Shown: positions 12,270 to 26,202, counted from the stretch's first letter. The stretch: DNA of 64,000 bases from Iphione sp. A-MEVVRFRX5 (GCA_976226885.1 OZ320321.1:55986001-56050000), one strand, 5' to 3'. Notes: a model not told the origin generated them from the letters alone. A program made the numbers and translations.

Positions 12270-15200
12270 CATCACCAGGCAAGTGAAGTATTTTAAGCCG
12301 GGGAATACATGTGCTGGAAACTGCGCTTAGATCTATATGACATTTGGCGCATTTCAGACCATGCTCTGTGCCCTGAAGAGAATTGCGCTCTCTTGTTGCT
12401 AAGTCTAAAATGTATTAAATTATGGACGGGTAGAAATTAGCCGGCGGTCGACCAAAAGCAAGGCTGCACTGTACAAAAATAAATGCTTAAAATGTGTTGT
12501 CCTCAATACAAATGAAATTCCAAAGCACACATTTCTTCTCAAACGATCTAGTCTAGTTTTATAGAACCGATACAATTTCACGTGTGGCAGGCTATATCTC
12601 GTACCAGCGACCTATGACTCTTAGGAGAGAAGAGCGAGAACGTGTTGCCAGAGGTCATAATATCAAGGGCATTGTGACATTGACATTTCGCAAAAGCAAC
12701 GTGAGAAGAAACACTCCTCTGACGCCTAACAGTGCAGGTGACCAGGGAGCGCCGGAACCGTACGCTGCACCACCCTTCCTTCTCCATCGACTTCTCACCG
12801 TGTACCTTCTTCCTTATATTACATATTCCTCCCGCTATCTTTCCGCAGAATGGCTTAAGTCGCCTCCTCTCGATTCTGGCCTTGGCTCATTTGCATAATG
12901 TCGTCGAGTCTCACGGTGCATCACTTGCTTCCCAGCGCATCGCACCTGCCCAGGTGGTTTATTCTCTCAGCCTATCATGCGCCGCCCGTGTCCCCTCCTG
13001 CTTTTATTATTAATTCCCCTCTGGCGATCACGTATCTCCTTCTCCTCGGTCCTTTTACCATTAACGCAAGAGATAAGATTCTCTAAGTGCACACCGATAC
13101 GATATTGTCAGATGGCTGTTTAAGAGTCTATCTATTATGTCGTCGCGTCTCGTTACTCAAAAGAATACAGGGAAGGGGTATTCCAATGTAGAAACTCATG
13201 TTCCATTAGATCATAGATGTCACATTATGTTCCTACCAATTATAGAGTAGTATATGAAAATGTCGAAATTGCCTTCATGGTGTAACAGATAACAGGTTCT
13301 ATTCAGCAGAACAGAATTGTAATCGTAACAACAGATCTTACATATGCACATGTTGTGAATGATTAAAGGTCTGTTGCTTTATATCTTGTAAACCTGTCGG
13401 TTTTATGTGCACCCTGGGTCCGACCGTAAATATGGAACTGCTGGGGAAGTAGAGATTGTGACGTGTTCGTACCCTCGGAATAGATACTGTTAAATTTCAT
13501 CAACATTTTATCAACGCTGCCTCCTCTTGTCATGCCGGTTAATTTCTACCATCGTGGATCAGCACAGGGGCGGGCGACGTAGGATTTTTGCCGACGATCA
13601 GTAAGTGAGTGTGATTCGACATCAACAGTGGCGCCACCTTTTGTCAGTCAAACGAAGCATCACTCCACATGGCGTGGTGGTCTTCCTGAAACCGATGACA
13701 CCGCGATGAGCTTATATATTGAACGGGGAACTGTATTTTCTCCAATGTACACTCACATTTCTCGCAAATAACATACAATCGCCTGTAAAAGTAAACTTTG
13801 CAGAATCGTAGTGCAACCTCACAAGTGACATTTAAAACATCATTATAAATTAGAACAAATTAACTGAACGTACAAGCATTTTTTTCCGGACAATGTTCAT
13901 ATGCTTGTAAACATGTGAAGCTACATTGAAATTGGTTTGATGTGAACGAAAAGTCAACCATTGGCTGGAGACCACAGTGGCGACCTGTGGTGTACATCCA
14001 GTGAGTTACCTCCCGTTCGATTGACCAAACTCCCGGCCTGTCGATGCGCCATCTCGCGGCACTGGGCTGGTTACCGCTCGAAGCCGATCAGCTCGAGCGG
14101 GCACCCCACCAACACACACACGCACACACACACAAACACACACCATATTCCGGATAGCGAGTGGCCCGGCCTAACGGCCAGCCACGGCAGACAGGCTGGC
14201 GCCTCCAGCGGCAGGAGTGATAATGGCAGCGCTAATGCCGCCGAGAAGCTGTGTATCGCCTTGTCAGGACGGGAAGTACGAGGTGTAGTGTTCCCTAACC
14301 AAGCATCACGACTAGGTGTTGATAGATCGAGCTCTTGCCTGCTAATGGCACCGCGTGGCTTATTGAAGTGGGCGGAGTGACCGATGGTGATTTTCACGTC
14401 CGCCTAGATACATCTTTTAATGTATAAAGAAGGTTAATATTGCTCGTCAAACTAATGAGGATCATAAAGGTGCACACACCCCCATCCTCCTGGCAGAGCT
14501 GACGTTCACTTAGAGCCTGTTCGGGCTCTAAGTTGAAAGCCTCCTCATGTAGATATTGCAACGGAGATGGATGGATCATCTCGAGTTGTTTACAAGCCTG
14601 AAGAGTCTCTGTGGATGGTGACGCATTGAAGATATAGAATGAACCGCTGTTTCAGAATGATGGAGAGTATACTCATTAGAGCAAAGCATTGTGTCATCAG
14701 AGAGATCGAATGATGTCCACACTGATTATTGCTATCAGTGGTATGATCCTCTGTGGTCAATTAAGATAGACTAGGGAATTTTAGATGCGTGGGGCACTGA
14801 TAATTACAGAGGCAAGGAAATAATATGTCTTATTATTTTGATGGAGAGACTTTCATTGTTACAAATTCCCGGTATGTCTTAATCAAATGTTTCTGTAGTC
14901 TCCTTAACGGTTGTTTGCTTAAAATTCGCCCGACAGCAGCTAGATTCAGCCTGTTGCGCGAATTAGCGGATCCACTGGCCTTTCTGCGTCTTTTTTTTTC
15001 AAATGTTGGCATGCAACAGATAAAGCACCAGAGGAGTATGGATTTGCGTTATTCTCTCGGATTACGGTGCTGACAGGCTGGCGAGGGGTTTGCCTTCGAC
15101 GATCTAAATCCATCTGGCGGGTGCGAAGGTTCCGCTTCTTAGGGAGGAAAGCAACGCCTCGGCCAGCACCGCCGCCGCCGCCGACTGCCGCCGTCGCCTC

Positions 15201-16200
15201 CGCCCTGCCGCAACTTAGTCAGCACCCATCGAGGTATCGATCAGACACACTGAGGGCAATCAGTCATGTGGCGCCAAATTGGCATAATCCACATCTCACG
15301 ACGCTTTCAATTTCATTAGCCGCCCAAAACGACGTCGCGGGGACACAGCTAACTGGCACCCCGGGGACTATCTCGACTGCAGCCACCTTCCACCACCATC
15401 AGCCCCATACACAAACTCGTAAGCAGGAGGTGCAGATTGTGTCGGGAATGATCAATGCGCCTGCCTACCAGCCAACTCCATTCCGACTGCATACCTTCCC
15501 CGATCGTCTTCCACACGCGCTACTAGTCTGGCAGGGCCTTTCGTAAAGCCGTTCGCTTTGACCTTTCTATTTGCTCTACCCCCCCCCCCCCCCACAACAC
15601 ACATCCTCATCTCAGATGCATTGTTTTCCTACTCCAGGTGCTGCTACACGTACCATGCATGAGTCACTTAGGACAAACGAACTTTTTCTCCATTGACTTT
15701 TTTTTTAGCTCTTTCAACCTCCTTCTCCCCGCCCCCTCCCCACTGCCGCAATGTTAATAAAGCGATGCAGTGCTGTGAAGAATGGAAAGTGATAAAACAA
15801 GCCCTTCGAAAGCCAATCCTTTGCAATAAGTGGGAGGCCTTTCTTCAGACGCATCAGTTTTACTCAGACCAAAGACCAAGTGGCCGATTGGGACGAGGGA
15901 CTTTTCTCCGGTGGTCGTGAAGATGGATGACCGCCTGTCTGCACAGGTAGGCGGCTTGCTCGAGGCGAAAGTATGATTTATTGGAGACGAAAACTGCCAT
16001 GTCACGTCCGAGTTATCAGTAGATAAGCATGCCGTGCACCGAATGCCGATTGGGCCGGAGCGTCGACACCCACCGCTGCATGGGAGACTGGAGATAAGAT
16101 CTGGCCGTGGGGGGGGGAGGGGGGGGCGGTCCGCGGCGATGCTCGAGTAGGTGTTGGCTGCTCCTGTAGTTTCACTCCACCGCTTCAGCTCAATGCCTTT
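12270..16200 (-). mobile_element. Decayed Ngaro-like YR retrotransposon (gag, RT, RNase H, YR)
   Basis: SDRYLDGC (gag ADRS..GW-like, ~15230); ELDLS..ALALPLSL..AP (RT, ORF 14071..14397); MWSDAS at 13653-13670; QGAHKTDRFTR (~13380-13415); LDIMTSGNTFSLFSPKSH (SKT-like, ORF 12578..12787); EHGLKCAKCHID (~12330-12365). Confidence 0.6.
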
Positions 16201-16269
16201 CACATTCCTCACCAACTTTATACTTTATTATTAATCATTATTTCTAGCCACAGGATACGTGGTAATAAA

Positions 16270-18750
16270 AATAACCCGACATTGCCTACGACAGCTCGCA
16301 CATTCAACCTCTATTGGGACGGCCATCGTTTACTCGAAAGTTTCTCCTTATCGTGAATATACTCAGAAAGTTGCGTGCGATAAATAAGTTTTCTATTAAT
16401 GTTAGAAATTGATATAACCTCTTTGTTTTTCCCTCCTCTCACACTCTCCACATTTAGCGCTCCTCTTTTTCATTTCTTCGCCTTCGTCTGATGGCTAGTA
16501 CGCATACGTTTTCTAAAAGCTAGGCATGGCAAGTGCTCTGGCACAGAGAGGGCAAATCTTGTTCGCACGCCAAGGCAAACAGGGACGGATCCACGCTACT
16601 GGCAGAGGAATTTTCATTGACTGGATGGCCACCTGCGTCGAGACGCACATTCCGTGTCGCGTGGATCTCGAGGTCTCCGAGTGCACAGCAAATAGAGATG
16701 AGCAGCTCGTGGACGATGCGAGGGGCTCGGGGGGCAGGTCAGCAGCCACTCGCCTGCTCAAAAGGAAAAGGTCAGCGTCAGGTGCAGTGGACAGTGTTTA
16801 CCCACGTCGCGTTTATCTGACTCCTTCAAGGAGGAGTAAAGCACGAGGTAGAACAAACGAAAAACTCCCGCAATTCCTACCTCGCCGGTATATTTCTCCT
16901 TCCGTTTTCCTTACATGACGAGTAAAATACGCCCGTTCGATCTATACATGTAGAGCTTTCGAATGGACGTGTCTACAGTGTATGTAAAAAGAAAACCTAC
17001 CATATTCCAAACTATACATGTTTCTACAGGAAGACGTACACCCTTATGCTCTATGAATTTCTAATGACTATTTACCGTGTAGTGCCACTCTGGTATTTCC
17101 GTCCTCCGAGGGGGTAAATTATACCGATGGAGAGATGTGGAGTAGCTGAATTTGCATTACGGATAGCAGTTACACCCGTATCACCTTGCTATGCCTATCA
17201 ACGTATGTTCTACGATGCCGCCGAGAGCCATTTTCATCGTTTTTTTCACCGTCTTGCCACTGAAACACTTGATTCTTTTTAACTGCTCCCCTGACTGCTC
17301 CATATCCCCGCTGTATGGGCCAAGCGAGTCTGGGGTACAAACCGAGGGGAAGAATATGCTTGGGAACGGTCACGCGGGCATGCGCATACAGTAGTGCCCC
17401 ATTCGCTCTGTTGCTCCATGTGGCTTCCATCCTTGCCCGCTCTAATTGGGATAGCAATTGGCTTCTTACCCGGTACCAATGAAGGGGGTCGCCTGGGCTA
17501 CTGGGGCAAGCCACCCTGACGGGTCGTAGGCAGACAATGAATGACCGGTTTCCCCTCTGCTACGAGCCATAACCCGCCCCCAAACGCATACTCCAAAGAG
17601 GACTCAAACTATGCTGGGGTGAGTCATTGACCCATTATACGAATGCTAAGTGGGAGCAAAAGGAAAGTCACCAGAATCCGGTATTTATTTTGATGTTTTA
17701 AATTAACTATATTTTTCCTCATTGAAATTAAGACAAGGAAAAATGAACTCTTTTCAGCGTAGCATCCACCCACCTATCAGAGCAATTTTGTTTTTCATTT
17801 TATTAATCTGCGGTTCCGCAATGCATTACTTGTAAACACACACATGTAATGATGACTGATAGCTGGTAGATGCACAAAAGAAGTATCCATCTTGAGTCAT
17901 CGAAAGCAGCCACGTTATAAGGTAGCTCACAACATGTAAGTTTTCTTCGAGGGCGCAGGGGGGAGGGAGGGGGACATATACTGCAGCTATGAATAACGAT
18001 CAGAGAAGTGACAAGGGCTCACTTAACATGCCATCCTCAGCCCTGCCCACCCACGGGCCAGCCCACCCATGGTGTGCCAGGGATGGACCCACGTTTGGGG
18101 CTGGGTCGACGTTGCGCAGATTGATCTAAGCTTGTGAACCGTGAGCACTTGACCTCTCTGTGGAAGCCGATTGCCAGGCGCCGCCGCCGCCGCTGCCGCC
18201 GCCAAGACTTGGAGACGGTGGGTCTGACGACATTCGGGACTAAGAGAAGCTGGTCGTGTGGGCGGGGGTGAATAAATGTTTCGAAAGCATCCACGTGATG
18301 ATGAAAGGCCCCACTTGCACAGTCGTAAGTGCCAGATGTCCTTGTTGGCTGCCATAGAGCAGCTACCCATCTAACCATCGTAGCTTACTCAGCCTTTCTC
18401 GACGTAACTGTGGGCCCCTTCATACCGAAGACGGTAAGAGCTGGTTATATCCTCTCGCTAGACAGGGGAGTACCAGGTCATGAATTCATGTATGGAAAAT
18501 GCCCACGCATGGAGGACGGCTAGACACTGGAGGACTGATAAATATTTATGTAGGGTCATTATAGCACCGGTCATACACGAGCGTGAACATCTCTAGACGC
18601 AGAGGAGTAGACACCCATGGAAGCGTCACGCCACCGTTGAAACTGCTATGACCAGGGCATGGCAGGCAGCAAGTCGTCAACATGTCGCAATGGCAGGGTG
18701 ATGGGAGAAGAACCCCCTGTTTTATTACCGTCATTTGTCATCGTTTCCTG
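16270..18750 (-). mobile_element. Decayed DIRS/Ngaro-type retrotransposon (gag end, RT, RNase H, YR)
   Basis: VSTPLRLEMF (ORF 18546..18734); GCFRNIY..HKLRS..VHP (RT, ORF 18023..18370); EATWSNRANG and RGYGAV (ORF 17170..17514); GIAGVFRL (~16850-16880); ICPLCARAL (ORF 16513..16761); KRWPS (~16320). Confidence 0.6.
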
Positions 18751-18799
18751 TACAAAGACCAATTCACTGTAGGCAAATGTGCTTTTCATTGGAAAGTAA

Positions 18800-21330
18800 T
18801 AAGCTATGGTCCCATCAGTGTCACATGCCCATGAGGTTTAGTTCATCCTTTTTGCGTACACTTGTAACCTCCGTGGCTGACAAATGGGAAGACTTGATAA
18901 TGAAGGGTTGCACAGCTTGACTTTTGGGCTTTGTTTTGCGAAGGAATTGATGAATCACATTGAAGGGAATGAAATTCAAATTAAGAGGAGAATGAGGTGG
19001 GGTAATTAGTCGGGGTTCCTTCATGAAACCCCTTGTGTATTTCAAGCTACTGTGGGACTTCTCTGACTGAAATTCTACAAACAGGCCTAGTAACCCAGTG
19101 TTATAGAACGACTCGCAAAGCACTATTTAACTGTCAGCTAGAATCCTATTCCTGTCCATGCTGTTGTAACAATATATTTCCATGACAGGGATTCTAACCC
19201 CAGTTTCTCATTTTCACGTCTTTGATGATAAGACTTTATACCGTGCAACATATGTTTTCAGCCCGCATATCGCCGATCCAGAGACCCACCAGGGCAAAAT
19301 TATTGCTTTGTTTTTCTATCAGCATGCCAATAAATATGTCCATTTAGAACTATAGGTGCGCTTGCCTCCACTCTGATGCCCGCCCGATGACCTGATACGG
19401 TAGGGTGCAGACAATTCGGGGCTTGTCGGCCCTCGGTTCAGCTCGTATACTCCACGAGTAATGTACACACGACGTATCAGTCGGTGTGCATGTGATGGCA
19501 AATTGTTATAAATCAATACAACCTGCGTACATAGATCCTCCATCTTATCAGCGCCACGCTTGGTATGCTCCCCATGAAGTAGGATTTATAGGATGCTGGA
19601 GGCGTGATTTCTGTAGCCGATCATTGCATGACAAAGGCCGTGTTCCACGCAACATAACCCTAACATAATACAACGCTACATTCTATCACTCAGACCGCAC
19701 TCTATCGGTTAATTCATTGGGACACAGATACAATGTCTACCTGACAGAGTTTTACAAGGGTAGTGATGTAGTCTTTGGTGTGGTATTACATAGAAAACGC
19801 TTATCTATATTTTTCACGCCAGAGCAGCCTTTATTGGACGAAGGACTTCTAAAAATCAAAAAGCACCTACCTCTGACGATCAACAACGATGTTAGATTAA
19901 AGGCAAGGAATCGGTAGTCACTCACCTGAAAATAAAAAAGACGATTTTTAAGATGACATTAACAACATAAAGGTGATGTATTGTCCATTTTATTAAGTGT
20001 ACCTAGGAGTTAGATTAGCCGGAGGTTTACTTTTTTAAAAAGGCCAACTCGCCTGCGGAATTAATCAGGGTAACAGCAAATGATCATCTCCTTAAGTTAC
20101 AGGCCATCTATGATATGATAGGGAACTCGGTCTTCGCGCCCTCCTTAGATCTTCTTATTAAAGCAAACCATCAAAGCAGTATCCTCCCCAACACCTACTG
20201 ACATGTCGCGCCGACATGAACGCTATTCCCGGAAGCCATACTAACAGTTCACCTGATCAGGCTCCCTTAAGCCCCTTGATATGCAGGATGATATAGAGTG
20301 AAGATGACATTCTCAAACCAATCGCTGCATGATACTTCACTATATTCTCATGTTAACTGGACAACCAAACCATATATACAGTGAACGGTGTAATGATTTC
20401 AGGGTTGTAAGATAGAGAGAAGAAATTACTTAACATAGAGAAAACAGTCATATCATGTCTGATAAGTTCGATTTGCATTTCAAAGGATGACATAGCTATT
20501 CACTGAGAATAGGACCTAAGATTCATTGGATATTCAATATGTCAGCTTTGATTTTCGCCCAACAACCGATAAAATAATTCCTTCCAGCAATGGCTTTAAT
20601 GCCGTTCACACAGTGGGCCCTGACCCCATGTGAACAGCTCCCTGAATGACGGGGTCCTGCTCTTCGCCTTCTCTCTCCTCCGCTAATCTCATATCACTCA
20701 CTGTTTGAGAAAGTGGCACTGATTGCTATAAAATCCGATCAAACTATAAGGTGGTCGGTGGGAGGCGTAGAGTTGAATGAACCGTAATAGATGGAAGCGT
20801 ACGTATCGCATCATCTGTCTCTCACTCGGGCCCGGCCTCCTCCATTCGTTGAGGGAGTGACGCGGCCTCAGTGGACCCATCGTCAGAATGAGGAGGGCCA
20901 CATTTGGAGGACTTCACTGTCAGTCAGAATTACCCGCAGTGAAGCACAACGACCTTAATTAATAACACTTGGCTCTCGTTTTACTGCTGGAAGCCCTTCG
21001 TAATGGAAATGCCCACGCCCGGTCGCTCTAACTACTACTGACGTCCTGCGCATGAGCAGGATTCTGCGCCGACGTCTCCTCTAGCCCCAGCAAACCGGAC
21101 GTGGTAAGCTATAGGTAAGCTTTGCCAAGTACGCATGGGGGCGGACGTTGATGGAGAAGGTCGTGCAAACACCTGGTCCTACAAGGAATATGATGAGGAT
21201 GCTAACCGTGAACAGAGTTGACGCGGCAATGGGGGCCCTACACAGTAGTGGCAGAGAGAAAGAAGAAAAACAAAAACAACCATGAAAATAAAAACACCGG
21301 AAGCAGAGCTTATTACCAGATATGGCAATC
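18800..21330 (-). mobile_element. Decayed DIRS/Ngaro-type retrotransposon (gag, RT, RNase H, YR)
   Basis: GPLRP..LNEW..P (ORF 20698..20901); FSVNSYVI (~20500); EGAKTEF (~20140); ALVGLWIGDM (~19270-19300); LSSKT (~19225); GLF...TPPHS...KSQAVQPFI (ORF 18821..19123). Confidence 0.6.
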
Positions 21331-21339
21331 ATTGCAATA

Positions 21340-22350
21340 AGGAAATAGCTTGCATCTTGCTAGACTGCCAATTATTGATGGCTAGGCAGGGTGGGGAGGG
21401 GGAGGCGGTATAGGCGGAGAGAATACACGTCGGATTCAGTGTACGTTTTATGACGCATTCGTAGTGACGCAGAACAAAAGCCGAACGTCCCTTTCCTGTG
21501 ATCATGTGATCTCTCTGATCTTAACCTACATTGCTATATTTACTTGTGTGTCCCTCATTTTCGGCCTTCAGTACAAGCCATCCCACTGTACAAAACCTCT
21601 CTATCCGCACTGATATCCATATTGAACAAAGAAAGACTCGTGTGAAGTCGATATGCCGCCCTTGACATATCACGCAACATCTCGACTCAGCTATCTTACA
21701 GTGCCAGATTCCTTCACTTTGTAATCGAATTAAGGTCACGCAATAATCCGTAAGAAAGACAGAAACATCATATAAAAGCGCTCCCAAGATTCACCAAATA
21801 GACGACTGTGTATTGGGTATTGAATCATTTCGTTTTCATCCTATACGATCTCTTCAAAGATCAGAGGACTGTGATGAAACGTTATTATTTCTTTACAAAT
21901 ACCGCGCACGTGGTGATTGGCGAGAGCTGTGAAGTTTTACTACGTTGGACTTGGTCGTCGCCCTCTCTCCCTCCCTCCCTCCCAACACTCGCCGCCTTCC
22001 TTTTCCCCCCGTGTGGTGTGACCAGCCCCACGCCCCCTGTCGAACGTCGCCCGCGGCAGTTCTCGTCCGGCACCCACACCAGTCGGCGCCATCTGGCTTC
22101 TGGAGGCAAGGCCCTGGCATAATTGAAACCACTTCATTACGAAAGGCGATAGGACACCATTTCGGCAGTGAGAAGGCAGCACAGATCTGGCTACGGATAC
22201 GGGGGCCAGTTGGGCAGCGTTTGGCTGGAGGCGAGCAGGGTGCAGGAGACAGGATACTACAAGGTATACGACTACCCAACACCCCATCAGCACACAACCC
22301 CAACCTTGGAGCAAGCTTTCAGTTCAACTGATAAGACCTGCCCGTTCGAA
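21340..22350 (-). mobile_element. Decayed YR-only fragment of a DIRS-type element
   Basis: MKWFQLCQG (YR N-terminus, ORF 21940..22314); LSPITT (PIT motif, ~21910); CLSYGLLRD (~21740-21765); YSLRL (~21415); NWQSS (~21365). Confidence 0.5.
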
Positions 22351-22399
22351 CGGAGGACGGGACGTTAATATTTCCTGAGGCACAATTAGGAAATTTAAG

Positions 22400-25300
22400 A
22401 ATGTGCAAAGTCGTGTCTGGCTGGAGTAATATTGAGAATTACTTCCTTCCAGGGCGGTTGATGATATTGAATCCAGGATCAGGCATCTTACAGACGCATA
22501 GTTTTATTAATTCCAAGTATAAAGGGCGTACATATTGACGCATAGTTTTATTAATTCCATGTATTAAGGGCGTACATATTGATATTGATAAGTGTAAAAA
22601 TTGTCTCTTTACAAAGGAATTTTTTTGGAAACCATATATATGTCGTTAACAGCTGGAACAACAGACTGGAATACACTCAGGCCCAAACCTAACTAAAAAA
22701 GAGAAGAAGCAGTCTTCTCACATTGTAACAGATTATCAAATTTAAGGTCAACATATTTTAAGATACACCAGAACTTTCAATTGGCATGGTCCTTTATCAA
22801 ATACAAATCAATATTATTACTGGCGAGGAAGGTGGCACATCGTCTCCTAGAGGAGTGGGAAGAACTTCCCACCACTTTAGGGACAAAATTGCAGCACTCC
22901 TTCAGTTAAATCATATAATCACTCTAATTTAGAACATGTAACATTCCTTTGTCATAGTAAGAGAAATCTACTTGACTCGGACTAGTAAAATGCCTACCCT
23001 TCCACAACTTCAACCACGTTATGGCTCATACTATAAGAAACTGGCAATTAAATAACGAGATATAATAACTGTCTACTGAGGAAGGTACACACTTCCCTCT
23101 ACGCACATGGACCATTAATCCAAATTCTGTAAATTCAACATCCTCCCACCTCAAACCCACTGGGGAGGTAAAAGATTCTCTACGTAATAGGCACCTAAAT
23201 GCCAAAATATATGCAAGCCAAAACATGCGATCATAGCCTTTTAATGATCAATGCTCATATTTTAAATACATCTCCAAAACAGAGAAGGCATCAGCTCATA
23301 TTAAAGGTGGACTATCTTCCATTTCTCCTCAAACCCATCAAAGCCTGGGTCAAACCAAAGTCATCATAGTCTGGTGACCGCAAGGTTTTTTTTAACCCTA
23401 CACTAATAAATTAATCCTGATAGGTAATTTTAAAAGAACTATGATGCATAGTTCTCCCTAAGTAATCATGTTTACACGTGCTTGGTTATTGGAACAAGGA
23501 AAGCATTCTAAACCAGATTCTTTGCAAAACTCGCTGTAATTTTCAAATTGTCTCTTCCTACACTATCTTGTATTTGTAGACTGCGTTTTTTCTTTCAGGT
23601 TCTTCATTTCCCTTCTCAGTTCCTTCAGGTTTCCTGTAAATAGAATCAATCACATCTCTACAACATGCAGTAGACAGCCACAGGTCACCCAACACTTGAT
23701 TCACACTAGAAATACCATAAGCTGTTGAGAAGGCATCAGCAATGTAATTATCTCTGGTGTTTGTATACACAACTTTGAACAAAATGTTCATAAATACACA
23801 ACACCCAAAATATTTCCCTAAGCCATCTCATACGAAACCTGTTTTGGATATGCACTGTACTCAGCATGTACATCAAGGTGTTGTCCATTTCAAGAGGATT
23901 ATCGTATTCATCAGCTGGTTACACTACCTCTTTAGGGCCACTAACATCACCCACAATTCATAAACCTTTATGTGTTCATCAAAATTATCACATTTCGGAG
24001 ATGATTCCAAGCGGTGATCAAAGATATCCATAGACCATTGATCATCACTCCATTTACCAAAGCACAAATCTTGGCGTAGCCATCAACCCAAAGCTCTCAG
24101 GATGATTCCGTGTTTACAATAGTCTCAATTTTCACAATTTCTATGATCCTTTTCTTGCCAGTGAACATATCAATGTTCCAATTTAGGTCACCTTTCACAT
24201 CATCATTTTACTTTACTTTACTTCCAGGTAACTTAATCGATTTCATCAGATCTTAGAGACTTTTGGTATATATACGCCCTCCTTTTGCTACAGTAGCACA
24301 ATGGAGAGGGATTCCTTAGGATTTTCCATTTCCCTTTTGGTTAATTTGTCCTCAAACAAGGCTCCTTCAATTCCTCTTTGACAGATGACATTTTATCCTC
24401 TGGGAGGGATTATCTAATTCCTTTAAAATCGACTCGAAATTATCGCAGAAATACTAGTTAGGATACTTGTGAACCCTAATATTGCAACCCTCACTGAAAC
24501 CCCCAAACAGCTCAACCACACAATCATCCTTGAGATATGAACAGGAGAAATAAATAAAGCATCTACCTACCTTGAGAGGGTCTACGATATCACAAGCAAC
24601 ATGTTCACAATCACAACTTCCTTTAACACAAGGCTTTCTGCTATGAACATGCTGTTTACCATAGTAACTACTCACACAAGGATGCTTGCTGTTTTTTTCA
24701 TCTCCACAAACAATGACTCTTCAAAACATCACGAACTGACCAGTCCATAGTCTTATTCGAAGAATTATAAATAGCGTCATTAGTTATACCACGAATCAAC
24801 AACGCCACTGTTGAAATCACAAGCAGGGACAAGCTAAGCATTATCATTGAAAACCCATAAACATACATTGGGTATGTAATAAATAACATTAGACACCCTC
24901 AAAATGTCCTCCTTCCTGGCTGATTTATATTCATCGCGACCCAAATAGTCTCCCGGTCAGGACAATTGGTTTCATTTTGTTAGAACTGATGTTGCCTTTC
25001 TATGTTTTGGGACAAAAAAACATTCAACAGATTTATGTCTCGCATGGAAGCAGTTATGGCAAACGTGCCTGATACGACAATTACCTTCCTCACAACTGCC
25101 ATTGTTGTACTTGATACAAATTCCTCTAAGCTTCTTCCACTTCTTCTTGGAGTCTTTACCCTTTGCTACCTCCACTGATGCGTCAAGGTTCAGACAGCGG
25201 TGCACCAATACTGTATCTCCATAACAAAAACTTTTCATGCCCTCCTAGTTTGTCTTCCTCCTCATCTGCTTGTCATACATGGTATAGAGAAGCGTGGGTG

Positions 25301-25900
25301 TATATCTTAGTAGAGGCCCTCTCCGCCAAGAATGAGATATGGTCAACATACCCTGTTACATCTTCCTAAGCAGCGAGTCTCTTCAGCAGGCCAAACACTA
25401 AATCATCACATGACTCCACCTTTTCATCTTTCACCAAACGAGTGATCAACAATTTCTTCATCTTCGTACGTTTCTTGGATTTCTTCTCATTTTTCTCTCT
25501 ATGGTCTCCATCGTCTGAATCAGAAGAATTATCACTTGAGGAACTGCTTAACTCGACCCTCTGCTCCTTGCACTGAGTCGTGGACTTCCATGCTATCAAG
25601 GTTTCCAGCATCTTTTCGATTTCTTGGAAATGCTTTTCAACTTGATTCGTTGGTGAATTTTCAGCGAGAGCATCCTCAAATTCTTCAACAGGGATAGCTT
25701 CCTACCATTTACAATGTATCCCCATAGGAGAAATATGTCAAACATCACAATTTTTACCACATTTCTCCATTTCTTCAGACCTCAAGGAGCACGTCGTGTA
25801 TCAATAAATAGTAACAAACCTGTGACATCATAGAATATCATGATGCACTGGGTTACTTAGTAACCACAAACATGCCAACATTCGTCCATTGTTATATAAA
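22400..25900 (-). mobile_element. Least-decayed DIRS/Ngaro-type retrotransposon, with the RT core deleted
   Basis: gag with CIKYNNGSCEEGNCRIRHVCHNCFHARH zinc finger (ORF 24972..25238); LFGGFSEG (ORF 24454..24675); SLPEDK..VAKGGRIYTKSL; HIKVYELWVMLVALKR; NYIADAFS (ORF 23558..23791); FWLAYILAFRCLLRRES..LRWEDV (ORF 23026..23226); SHSSRRRCATF..ILKYV (~22720-22860). Confidence 0.85.
22493..22580. repeat. Tandem duplication of a 44-bp unit (2 copies, 2 mismatches)
   Basis: GACGCATAGTTTTATTAATTCCA(A/T)GTAT(A/T)AAGGGCGTACATATT at 22493-22536 and 22537-22580. Confidence 0.95.
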
Positions 25901-25949
25901 TCAATATAATACTTATATCTCATATATATTTCAATACATGTAGAAACCT

Positions 25950-26134
25950 TATTGAAGGCAGCATGCATTCATATTCTGCACACGCACAGTTTTTTTTTGG
26001 TGATTGATTGATTCCATATTATCCTGAATCGTTGATACGAAGACAAAATGGACGATTTCCTTCAAGTTGATAAGACGTCTTTTACATAGATCCATTTTCA
26101 TATCAGGATTCTTTACTGGAGACAAGTGCCTTCG

Positions 26135-26202
<68 letters not shown>

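Noticed and set aside
12014-12330. ORFs with ERERER/SLSLSL runs (also 26067..26390 and 47472..47861)
   Set aside because: These are translations of (GA)n microsatellites.
12584-13013. Plus-strand YR fragment (ORFs 12584..12898 and 12732..13013)
   Set aside because: The motifs are weak. The minus-strand reading continues the RT/RNase H of the 12.3-16.2 kb element in the right order.
16526-16918. Plus-strand ORF with HIPCRVD as an RNase H end
   Set aside because: It has only one weak motif, while the minus strand shows an ordered YR (AGVFR, CPL, RWPS).
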